A stretch of 63,816 nt of DNA, counting the filler, from Sphacelaria rigidula (Eukaryota), in assembly GCA_964200075.2 (NCBI GenBank). It is 7 parts of 7 records of this genome, joined end to end, with 100 filler letters (N's around TTAATTAATTAA, not from the genome) between each part and the next. Parts side by side here need not be neighbours in the genome. Positions count along the whole stretch, not along the records: positions 1 to 9,032 come from CAXNAA020009464.1; positions 9,133 to 18,164 come from CAXNAA020009465.1; 5 more parts are not named here. One strand, written 5' to 3'. Shown here one piece after another: positions 1-10,957 of the stretch. Under the pieces are notes generated by a model. That model was not told the origin of the DNA. It saw nothing but the letters and a program-made list of their open reading frames with translations, and ran no database searches. A program made the translations under genes and the position numbers. Numbering within the stretch: position 1 is the first letter of the stretch; each line of letters begins with the position of its first letter.

Positions 1-121
1 CATCCAAAGCTCGGTGTGCTCCTCTGTCAAACCCATCAAGCAAGCCACCCATGGGTCCGCCCCCCCCCCCCCCCCCATCGTAGGATAACTCGTGCAACGT
101 CTGTAACGTACAAATTTGAGG

Positions 122-3100
122 TTACAGGTACCCCAGGGGCCACTCGTGCGCAAAAAGACTCGTCCGTAGTGGAAGGCTGTGGGACAGCGAAGTCACTGGT
201 ATTCGTGTGGTCACGGATCGGGGCATCGTTCTCCGCGGATTCGTCGATCGTTGGCAGGTCGATAGGAGGCGATCCCGCCTTACACGCTGGTTTGTATCGA
301 CGTGGTTGGGGTGGGGCGAGGAAACTCGCCGGCACCGTAACCAGGGTAGGCTGGGGGGGCGGGCAAAATCAGGTCCAGAAACGGCGACGTGAGTGGCTTC
401 TTCTGCTGCCCTGTGACCCCTCGTTCTACTAGAAATGAGGTCGCGTACTTGTACAGGCAAAACAGATGGGGGGACGGTGAGCTCCGGTGCGGCGGCAACA
501 TGCACGCAGCGGCTCGTCACTCTGAAAATGTCATATACGAATATGGTATCCGTATTGGTGTTGGGATGCTCATAAAACAAAAGATGAGATCGGGGGGGCA
601 ACTTACCTAGCGCCGTTTCCGGGGCAGAACGTGTCAACCTACTCATGCTCAAACCCGAAGTCTCGGTGGAGGCGTACGGCGTCCAGAGACCAGGAGGGTG
701 GCCAAGGCGACTGGCGAAGTATACAATACCCTCCGTGGGGTCCGTTATTCGCCCCGCGGGAGAGGTATTGATCGGTGTGGCAGGTGTCGGCAAACACGAG
801 AGGAAGTCAGCATTGACGTTTTGGGGACTGGCCCAACACTTCAACCGAAAGTTGTAAGAAGATAGGATTTCGAACCAACGCTGAACTCGCGCATTGTGCT
901 CCGCCATTATTGCTCGGTTTTCCAACGATTTGTGTGTGTGTGTGTGTGTGTGTGTGTTGTCATCCCATCTAATCTGGACGCCAGCCTACACCTTGCGGTG
1001 TATGTGGGCGTATCAGCCGGGGTCACACAGGAGGAAGGTCAACACAGGAGCTTTCTCTCTCTTTTGTTTTTCAAGTACTCCACCTTTCTTCTGAGGTGCT
1101 TGCCTTGTTTTTTTTCGCGAGAGGGGTTCAGCAGCCCCTTTCCCTCGTCGATCGTCAAGTGGAATTTTGTGTGCCCATAACATAGTCGCTCTCCACTGTT
1201 GGGCACTGTGTGATAAAAAATTCCAGATCGTATGACTGCACCGAGATTCGAGCCCACGACCCAAGCCTCAGAAGGTTCCGAGGTTACCAACTGAGCCACC
1301 GGGGCGACTGGCTGTTGTGGGGGGTCAAAATGACGAAGGGAATACCGTACAAATAGTGACGGAGACGCCGGACACCTCAAACTACCGCGCCCACTTCTTG
1401 CTCCAGAACGCTCCAATTTTGTTCATGAGGGAACATTGTACGGCTCAGATAGACAATGCGGCGGACGGACGCATCCGATTGCTCCTGCTCAAGGATACAA
1501 CCAAATCCAATCTTGTATGCGTCGATGTGTAGGCGGAAAGGTCGTGACCTGTCCTCAGCGGCATACCAATCAGGATATACAAGGACCAGAGGGCTGGACA
1601 ATTGGGCAGGGAGATCGCGGACTCTCTTCCATGGCTAGTGGGAACTCAAACCTAACCCCTCGTTTGAGGAGAGTGGGGAGGGGTTTCAGTGTCCGGGCGA
1701 GATTCGGTAGATATTGGCGGTAGTAGCTTAGGCCGCCCAGCAGCAAGCGCACTTGAGAGACATCTTTGGGCATTGGCATGTCCACAAGAGCTGAAACGTT
1801 GTTGAGAGTCGGGCTGCGGCCCTCTGGGGTAATGCAGTGCCCAGAAATATGATAGTCGTGGCACCAATCTGTGATTCCGATGGAGAATTGTTCAAGTTGT
1901 GCTCCTCGAATCGGCCAAAACATGTCGCTAGATACGCTACGTGCCCCTTGGGGTTGAGATCATATATCACGTCATCGTCCACATACACCTGGCAGTTGGG
2001 GAGCCCATCGGTGACGCGAAACATGATTCGTCGAAAAGCCCCGGGTTCAACGCACGCACCTTGTGGCGTCACTACCATGTATACAATCAATCCAGACGGC
2101 GTGCAGAAGGCCGTCAGCTCGATGGAGTCGGGGTCCATCACCAGTTGGTGGTAACCCGATTGCATATCAACAGTAGAGAATATCTTACCTCGTCCAAGGG
2201 AGTCGATGATTTCGTCTAATCGGGGGAGCTGAAGGTCGGAAACTGTCGTCACCGCGTTCAAACGTTGATAGTTGACAGTGAGCCTGATCTTGCCATTCTT
2301 CTATCGAACAAGAATCAAGGGGGAGGCCCATGGGGATGTCGGATGACAAATGATCTCCGCCGCTAGGTTGCTATGTATGATCACCTGTACTTTATCAGCG
2401 AGCAGCGGGTTCGTGCGATACGGGCGTGTGGTGATGAGGGGCGCTTCTTTTGGCACGTCGGTCTTAAACGGAGCCGTTGTGTATAGACTCAAACTCAGAG
2501 GTTTGGTGGGAAATCGCGCAGCATAGCGGATCAGAACATCTGAAAGTTCGTCGATGACTGCTGCAGTCCCACTGTCACCGTCGAGATTGAAGGTGATGTG
2601 ACGGAGGTGTGGTGGAACGTCATTCCATAGTCGCAAAAAACGTGCCCGATGCTCAGACTGTGAACGATCTAGCAGGTTTCGAGGAATTTCGGGTTCCGCG
2701 TCGTCATTCGACGCGGTCGCAGCCACTGTATCAGCTGAAACTGGTCCATCACGGTCAGCATTTTGCTCGAGATCAGTTGGGGCAGTTGTACTGGTGCGGA
2801 GAAATACATCAGACAGAGGTGTATGAAAACGCAGGGTCGAATTATACCCCAACAACTGGTTGAGTATTACACCGATGCACTCCAGAGACGCCAGAAAAAT
2901 GTGCTGACGTCTATCCTTCACAAATACATCTTCCTGTCCGAACATGCACCCTCTAGAACCGCCGCGAGGAAGTAGGTATACCAAGTACTGTCCTGTGAGT
3001 GCCGGCAGACCATTGCGCCGTACCGAATTCACCATCAAGGGTTGGGGTTCATGCGAAAGTGACGCAACTGCCTCTCCAACATAAAATAACTCGAAAACGG

Positions 3101-3740
3101 TCTATGGTACAGAAGGGTCGCGCGTGAAAGTCTGGGCACCGGGTTGGTGGTCAAGGTAACCCAGCTGTAGTTTGCCCTCCGTGAGTGAATGCGGTGACGG
3201 TGGTTCGGTGGTGTATGCATGTGTCGACAATCGCAATCAACTATCTCTTCCCAGCAACATATCGAGTGTCACGGCATTGTGTGGAACAATGAAAGCCCAA
3301 ACAGAAAACGGTGTCGTGGGGTGCGTATCGTTAAAAAACTGAACACTCAATCGCACAGCCTGGGTGGCACTCAAAGTAGAACCTGACCCGAAGCCGCCGA
3401 AGGTGCGGGGGGGGACAGCGGACAGACATTTATCATCGGCCGCGCCGGTGCGAAGCATGTTCTGCCAGCAACTGGCGGGGATAAAGGTCTGAGGGGAGCC
3501 CGAGTCCGGTAATGCCAGCGCCATAAGTTGGCGGCTTGCACAAGACCCACTATGAAGCCCAACTCTCGATGTGAAAGACGCAATATCTAAGGCGACGACG
3601 TCGCTCGTGAGATCCAGGCCAAATTCTGGCAACGAATAGATATGTGTTCGCTGTACCGCCTGAACTATAGTATCGAGATATACTCTGGGGTGGTCTTGTG
3701 GGACCTGAGGATGTGGGCACTGGTCTTGAGTGTTTTCCAT
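122..3740 (-). mobile_element. Degenerate Ty3/Gypsy LTR-retrotransposon pol (protease-RT-RNase H), frameshifted and with stops
   Basis: Minus-strand ORF pieces in Gypsy order: aspartic protease (ALPDSGSPQTFI...DMLLGRD, 3237-3740); RT N-terminus (RPYRTNP...SPWASPLILV, 2301-3038); RT core (LPRLDEIIDSL...FSTVDMQSGYHQL...TAFCTPSG...YVDD, 1728-2261); thumb (VRLLLGGLSYYRQYLPN); RNase H (FRLHIDA...GFGCILEQ...EQEVGAVV; ARVQRWFEILSSYNF). Confidence 0.93.
935..1314 (-). mobile_element. tRNA-derived SINE with (CA)n tail, inserted in the Gypsy RNase H
   Basis: Minus-strand head GCCCCGGTGGCTCAGTTGG (A box) ... GGCTCGAATC (B box) and a (CA)n tail. TTGTG is duplicated at 930-934 and 1315-1319. Removing the insert restores ...FVILTPHKSLEN... 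A related 3' half lies at 54543-54687. Confidence 0.85.
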
Positions 3741-4732
3741 TGGTGGGGCGTCAGGGCTGCGTATTTCGTAAACCCCCTATGGGGGTGCGACTACTAGGGG
3801 TGGTGGTAGTAGTGGAGGCGGGACCGGATGTGATGCTGGCAGGGGGGGGCATGCACTGCCGGCTCGGAAGTGGATGTCAAATGTGGGGTCGGCACAAGTT
3901 TCAACCCTGCACAGCGATATGTGTCTGCCGAACGATCTACGGTAGTGGACAATGACGCAACATGTTCCGCCTCTACCTCTCGTGTACGTGCTGGCTGGCG
4001 TAACCTATTTTCAGGTGTGGTATGCAAATAAGAGCGTACAGGTCGCAAACGCCTCCGGAACCAAATCCACGACAAACCCGATCTCAAATCGAAAGACTGC
4101 ATACACGAAACAACGGTTGGTCGCACTCCACGGCAGTCCACAGCAGGGCAGTAAAGAAATGATCTTGTCGTAGGGCAGGCGGCCAAATATGTCGGCGACG
4201 ATGAGCTCTCTGCTCGATATTGACGAGTCAACAATCGTCTTGTGTTCTTGGCCAGCCAAGCACCGCGCATGCTCGATTTTATGGATTCTCTGACAACACG
4301 GACTGTATGCAATGTGCATGAGCTGCTTGCTATCGAGAATACCGAAGACACCACGCTGTCTGTACACTGTGTCGTACCACTTGCCAACCGTACAAAGCAC
4401 TACAAGCCCTGTACACTAGTGCTGTTGTACTACTGTTGCCTGTCGTCCGCTGTACAGAGTGTACCGTCAGTCTGCATGGTAGACAGCAGATAAAAGTACT
4501 TGTAGTACAATAATCGTGTGATTTCACAAGTTCATCCCCTCCTTGCGCGTATACGGCCGTGTGCATCCACATATCGTCGTCTGACCGGATACACTGTTTT
4601 CCGGCGCATAGGCTGCGGTGGGTGTGAACGGTGGTCATTCCGTATTCGTGCAAACACATGGCAGGATTACATGTATTTGAACACTGAGCTGATGTCCTGT
4701 TGTCCATGACGTCGCAGCCACCATCAACATTT

Positions 4733-5155
4733 TGTTTTCATGAGAAATTTCCTTCAAGAAGTAAGTGATCCAAGAAGAAACTACTCATTCTATACGATTC
4801 CCGGTAGTATCGAGCAGAAACCTCATTACCACCTATGTTTGTGGTATCCTGCCCTACAACAAGAGAAACCTGTTCACTGTTACAGCCCTGCTGTGGGCGG
4901 CTGCGGAGAACGTCTGTTGTTCCTTGTGCTGACCCGTTCGGTGGGGACGCGCTCTGGACAGAGGAATGTGCATACCTTCTTCTTGTATTAAACTCTAATA
5001 ACCTTCACTCACCACACATCAATCGTGCAAGTTCCACCCGAGCTGCTTTCTCCACCCGAAATGCAATGCCTAAAATGCACCCTAAAACACAACTGAACAT
5101 GGTAGGGGTGACTGCATGCCGGGTTCCCCCAATTGTTCCACACCCAGTCATAACA
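4733..5155 (-). mobile_element. Possible 5' LTR of the Gypsy element at 122-3740
   Basis: Minus strand starts TGTTATG and ends ...GAAAACA, followed after 9 nt by PBS-like TGGTGGCTGCG. The position upstream of pol fits, but no second copy is present to confirm it. Confidence 0.3.
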
Positions 5156-5414
5156 TAATCCGTCAACGTACGCAATCCGATACCCAAAATGTTTCATCAA
5201 TCAAGACCACATGTACTCGAAATAATCCAAGTACACATGCACTATTGTTCAGCTCGACGATATTCAATTAGCCCCCCACGTTGAGGCTGAATGTGAGGTC
5301 AATGGTCTGATGACTATGGCATGCATGATCATGAGTACGTGGAGGCTAAACCTTACTCATATCACACAAAAGTCGTAGTTCCATTCCATGAGATCGGGCA
5401 AATTTAAAACACAA

Positions 5415-5765
5415 ATGCCGGGATACATGGAAGATTCAGCAAGAAAAAATAAAATCATCATGGGACATTGCCTCCTGAATTTTATGCCCCTCTGACCCCA
5501 CATCTTCTCACTATTTTCCGGGGCATAAAATATCAAATCCCTCGATGTATTTTCCCAAAATCTCCCAAGACAAACATACTTCTCTCACCATGTAAGTGCC
5601 GGAGTATATCGGGGACTCAGCAAGAAAAAATTGAAAGTCATCAAGGAAAATTACTTCCTACATTATATGCCCCCCGAACCCCATATCATCTCGCCATCTT
5701 CGGGAGCATAAAATGTCAAAACTCGGGACGTGTTTTTCCAAAAGTATCTCATAAACATATGACCG
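5415..5765. repeat. Diverged tandem duplication of about 180 bp
   Basis: TCAGCAAGAAAAAA...TATGCCCC...GCATAAAAT.TCAAA occurs twice (about 5437-5540 and 5617-5720). Confidence 0.6.
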
Positions 5766-6142
5766 AAAATCCAAGATCAATAGATTAATCTACCAAATGG
5801 AATCCGTAATATGTCATGATCCATAAAAGATGAATGTTCGCATATTAATCGGCCCCTTGACCTTTTTCGTGGCGACAGCACATGCTTGGAAACTTTCGAA
5901 TTTCATGTCGAAGATCAAAGTCACATGAAGGGAAAACTCCCATCATGTCATCTCGGTGATAATATGAAAAAAACCGAGAGTGAATCACACAAAAGTCGAA
6001 CTCAAATCGAACTGTGAAATACACGATACCCTATAAAGCGTAATACCCTCATGCAGGATCAAACAAATTCTTGTCGTGCATCCCAATCGCTGTTGCAGAT
6101 ATGATGCCCACTAGTCAAATCACTGCATTCGGACAGTGGTCA

Positions 6143-6435
6143 CACGGGTGGCCACTGGGGTCTGTAACCTGGCCATTTTGGGACCTTATCCACATTTGGT
6201 AAGGTTCGCGGATTAGGTGGACAACTGAAGAGCATTCGCACAGCATGGACAGGTTCGGAACAAAGCATGTTCCAGTCTATAGGGGAGTCACCCGCCTGTA
6301 GACTGGGACATGCTTTGTTCCGATCCTGTCCATGCTGTGCGAATGCTCTTCAGTTGTCTATCCAAGCTGCGGACCTTGCCAAAGGTGGATAAGGTCCCAA
6401 AATGGCCAGGTTACAGACCCCAGTGGCCACCCGTG
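6143..6435. mobile_element. Fold-back MITE (293 bp), termini CACGGGTGGCCACTGGGG, 2-bp TSD (CA)
   Basis: Near-perfect palindrome over its whole length, flanked by CA on both sides. Second copy at 25545-25778. Confidence 0.92.
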
Positions 6436-6460
6436 CACATTGCTGCGCTTTTACTGAAAA

Positions 6461-8990
6461 TCAAAATATCCAATGGATGAATCTCCCTCCAAGTCGAATT
6501 GGTCTACAAACAAATACTTGACAGTCTACATCGGAGTATGATACTCTCCACAATCCATCTTCAGCTTTCTGTATTCTTCCATGGTCACGTCCCCCCTCCT
6601 CCATCGAAACGGCTCCGCATCCTTGCTCCACTCCACCGGTATCACTTCCCTGCTCCAACCCATCGGCACCGCCCCCCCGCTCAGTTTCACCGGCGCCGAC
6701 GACGCCACGCATTGAAGTGTGTTGCCGATTGTGTCGGAGGTGGCGGCAGTGGTATTGGCACTGATCGTGTCGGACTTGGGGTTGTGATGAAGTATGGTTG
6801 TTAAGGCGCGATGGCGAATGAAAATGGTGGCGGCAGCACAGCGGCAATTGGGAAACACAATTGTGGCGGTACTGCGGGGGGTGGAAATAATGGCGGCGCA
6901 GCAGTGGCAACAATGTGTTGGTCCTGGGTCGGCGATGGGGCAGTATGGTATGAATATGGCGGCGGCGTCGGCTCAGTATTCACCGCGTTCATCGGCGGCT
7001 GCGGGGATGCCGGCGGGTCGGCGACGGTACTCGCTCGATAACCCCCCCTTCCGTCGAGCGGTAACGGCGGTGGTTGCAGAAGCTGTACACGCGGAACAGG
7101 TCTCATTGAAGATACACCATTTGCCCGGTAACCAAGCCGGATACCAACACCTGATGTGTCAGACCGAACGCTTGTAGCGGAGGCGGACTGGACAAAGAAA
7201 CCGAGGGGGGAAGACACAACGCCTTCGGGGGAATAATGGCGTGAGCCAATGCTGGGGGGAGAATGAAATCCCACTATTTTCTCACTTGGGGGCTGTGGAG
7301 CACTGATAGTAGCACACGAAGACAGCGTGGTTGCACCGACAGGAGTACACGAAGACACAGTACTCGGGGGAGCACTTATAGTATCACTTGCAGACGAAAC
7401 ATCCGGGGGGTTCCTTACAGTAGCACGCGAAGACTCCGTCGCAGTAGATTGCGCTACAGCAGGCGGGGTTGCACCGACAGGAGTACACGCAGACACAGTA
7501 CTCAGTGGGGCACTTACAGTAGCATGCGAAGACAAAACATCCTGGGGCTGACAACAAGATCCTACAGTAACATTGCGCATGATGCCCCGGGGAAAAATCT
7601 CCGATAGAATTCCGGAAATCAGATTCATCGCAAACAGTCCGGGCAGCTGTTGATGCAGAATCTATTGTAGTGCGCAGAGACTCTACAGTAGTCCGTGTAT
7701 CTGACCTTACTATGGAGGGCGAAACTACAGTGGGTGCATCTGACCTTACATTAGAGGGCGAAGCCACAGTGGTTGAGGGATCAGACTCACTAACGTTGTA
7801 CGGGCGAAGACGCGTCGCTACCTGTGATGAAATTTGCGATTTGCGGTCAAATCGTAATCTGCCATTGAACAAATGTACTCCAGTTAAATTCAAAGCTACA
7901 TCCTGCCGCTCCTGCATGTGGTGAAGAGAGAAAATATTGAACTTGATACCCTCCACGACGTAGACATCGATCAACTGTATTGGGAAGTCACTTGGGGGGA
8001 CTGAGACATCCGAAGATCCCATGTCAACTTCAAGCTACCTACTACCTTCACAGGAAGTCTGGTCCCGTTACCCGTCTCAAAATATTCCATGCCCTGAGGA
8101 GGGGATCGTAAATCAAAAACGTCATCTACACTACCCGTGACATGAACCGTAGTTCCTGTATCTGCCAACCACTCCTCTGCATGAACATTTTTACCAGATG
8201 CATCACCACCATTTCTTACATCATACCTACGTGAATCGTAATCACCAAGCCAAAAAGGAGACTCGCCTGCGGGCATGGTACGCACCATGAACAGTCGTGG
8301 ATGTTCCGCAGTATGCGTATCATGAGAGAGCGCAGATGTAGCTGGGGGGGCGTCCGGCTGTTGATGCTGCTGGTGTTGGTCGTGATGTGGATCTGCGGTC
8401 TAGTATTGTTTTTGATGATGGCTGTTGTCCGGGTGAGGATAGTGGTAAGAGTGATACTGCTGGCCCGGCGGGTGATGTTGTTGGGAATGTTGTAGTTGGG
8501 GGTGGTCTGTTGGTGGGGGATGTTGATATTGGGGCAGTGTTCGATGTGATGATGGCTCATGACTCCGCACGTGATGGGCATATCCAGCGTCATTGAAATC
8601 GTCTCTGCCCGGTGGGGTGAAGTGTTCGTCAGTAGTTGGGGCTCACTATACTGTACAAGGTTTGCGCGCGAGTGAGACACCCTAGAATGTCGGGAGTCGC
8701 TGAAGTGGGGAGGATCGTTGGTGTGATGGTTACGTGGGGATGGTGTCCCCCGTGATGAGGGGCACGCTGGTCTCGGTTAGGATATCGATTGCCTTGTCGA
8801 CTATCAACGTGATTTCGCCCGTCGCCCCGTGTGTGACAGATAGTGCAATAGGGAACATTGCATGATGAGGATTGAGAGGTTGGATTGGGCTTGTGGTCGT
8901 CGTGTGGGTCATGTGGGGATGTAAAATGTAAGCGAGAATGAGGCCTTGGCGATGCTTCATGGTCATAGTGGTGGTGAGTCATCCTACGAT
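6461..8990 (-). mobile_element. Degenerate Ty1/Copia-like gag-protease region with Ser/Thr/Pro-rich tail
   Basis: Zinc-knuckle remnants (YCTICHTRG; TCGVMSHHHIEHCP). Copia-type protease (EWLADTGTTVHVTG...ETGNGTRLPVKVVGSL, 7971-8288; DVYVVEGIKFNIFSL, 7384-8022). No integrase or RT motifs downstream. Internal duplicated segment at 7300-7530. Confidence 0.75.
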
Positions 8991-9032
8991 AAGGGGGGGG
9001 GTCTTTTGGGCCATTTGTTGCTCGAAATTTCG

Positions 9033-9132
9033 NNNNNNNNNNNNNNNNNNNNNNNNNNNNNNNNNNNNNNNNNNNNTTAATTAATTAANNNNNNNNNNNN
9101 NNNNNNNNNNNNNNNNNNNNNNNNNNNNNNNN
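9033..9132. other. Assembly linker (44 N + TTAATTAATTAA + 44 N)
   Basis: Six-frame stop linker; identical ones at 18165-18264, 27296-27395, 36427-36526, 45558-45657 and 54688-54787. Confidence 0.98.
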
Positions 9133-9163
9133 TTTTTTGTTTCTCTTGGTCTTGTGCTAGCCT

Positions 9164-9262
9164 GTGACCACGGTAGGCGTCCGCATCAGATGCCCAGTAC
9201 GAATGTACCGCACAGATATCGGAACGGTTTTTTAATGTGAAGACAACAACAGCAACAACAAC
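9164..9262 (+). mobile_element. 3' end of a retroposon (SINE/LINE) with (CAA)n tail
   Basis: GTGACCACGG..GGCGTCCGCATCAGATGCCCAG...GCACAGATATCGG..(CAA)n, shared with 29959-30082. Confidence 0.7.
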
Positions 9263-9269
9263 TTGCCTA

Positions 9270-9428
9270 GTGTTTGGGTAAAGTGTTCGAGATCGTACCC
9301 AATCTATCCCAAATTTGGGTAAAGCGCATGAAGTCGAACCCGATCTCCCCGAACTTGGGGCAAAGTGAATAACCAGGTGCTTTACCCGAATATTGAAAAG
9401 CGCATACCGTACCCGACCAGCCCTTGGT
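9270..9428 (+). repeat. Short copy of the CCCAAATTTGGG-motif repeat family
   Basis: Ends ...CATACCGTACCCGACCAGCCCTTG, as does 10420-10957 (...CATACCCTACCCGACCTGCCCTTG). Confidence 0.65.
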
Positions 9429-10419
9429 TTTTTCGATGGGGAAAGATGCTAAGGAAAGGTGCGAAGGAGCAACTGACTCTTTTCTTACAGACCACCACGC
9501 CAAATACCACCCGTTTACAGAACCATGCAAACCCCACACGACGTATTCTCAGCTACCACCACAACCCTGCAGCGTACAGCACGAGTTGGACACAGGGATA
9601 GATACGCTGCAGTGGATTGGTGTTCGGTTATCTCGTTGTTAGTGCAAACTTGAGCATCCCCTTTCATGGTACAGATCGGCGACGGAACTGCGTGGTACGG
9701 TGGACGGCCGTCTTGCGTACACTCATGTACGGTACAGGTAGTACAAAGCTGTACGTTGTTCGAGCTTTTTCCACGTCGCACTGTAAGAATTGAGAGCCGA
9801 TGGTCGTGCGCTGTCTGTACTGCACGTTGGCCGCTTTTTTTTCACATCCTACCTTACGGAGCACACACACACACACACACACTCAGGCACACTGCATGCA
9901 TACAGCGCAGAAAGTACAGTGCTGTGCTGTGGACAGGCGAACATTTACCGATTCACGAGTTTCATCGTCTTTTTAGATCAGAAACTTCAACCCAACTCGC
10001 GAAAAATGAACGAATTCGCTCAAATCAATTCCACGGCACTTGTTTTTCGATCGAGAAATGATTTGCTGAGACACGGTCTTACCCAACTGTTGAGTTTAGT
10101 ACAGAAATGGCACCCAATCTACCATACATCGGACGCTGATGAGCAACAGGTTAGTAGCTTACTTAGGCCGAAAATGCTTAACTCATGCAGCTCTCATATT
10201 CCACCCGCGGCGAATATGAGCTGATGGGCTACGGGCTGGTGGCTCACCTAGAGCAAACATGCATAGCCCATGTTGCTCTCGAAGCACACCCAGGATAAAC
10301 ATGCGTAACTCATGCAGCTCTCATAGCTCACGAGGGAGGTACGCTGAAAACGATCTAACACGAGCGACAGGGATTGATCTGTCCGACGTGTGCAACCTAT
10401 CCAAACGGTGAGCAGAGTA

Positions 10420-10957
10420 TCATAGATCGTAGCCAATTTGCCCTATGTTTGGGTAGAGTATGGAGGTCATACGCTAGTGATACTCTGTACCCAGGTATTG
10501 CTGAGAGAGGTTACCCAAATTTGCGCAGAGCATTTGAGGTGCCCGTTCCTTCCAAATTTGGGTAGATTATAGATCGTACCCAACTTACCCACGTTTTGGG
10601 TAGAGTATTGACGCCATTCCCAAGTGATACGCTACACCCGAGTATGGCTGACAGTGCTTACCCAAATTTAGGTAGAATATTTGAGGTCGTACTCAATCGT
10701 CCCAAACCTTGGGTAGAGCATAAAAATCGTATTCAGATTACCCAGACTTTGAGTAGAGCATTAAGGTCAAACCAAATTGATATTGCTGACATTGCTTACC
10801 TATTGTTCGGGTAGAGTATGTGGATCATACCCAAATTATCAAAAATTTGGGTAGCGTAGTTGAGGTCTTACCCAATCAACCCAAACTTTGGGTGGAGTAA
10901 ATACCCGGGCATTTCACCCTAGTATTCGAAGTACATACCCTACCCGACCTGCCCTTG
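10420..10957 (+). repeat. Diverged array of palindromic ACCCAAATTTGGGTAGAG motifs (probable TE subterminal repeat)
   Basis: About 10 degenerate copies of (T)ACCCAAA(N)TTTGGGTAGAG, mostly about 37 or 75 bp apart. Confidence 0.7.

Noticed and set aside
1240-1308. Functional tRNA gene
   Set aside because: No acceptor stem pairing; it continues into a SINE body with tail and TSD.
9077-9088. TTAATTAATTAA palindrome with ~9.13-kb periodicity as a biological signal
   Set aside because: It is always centred in N runs, so it is a synthetic six-frame stop linker.
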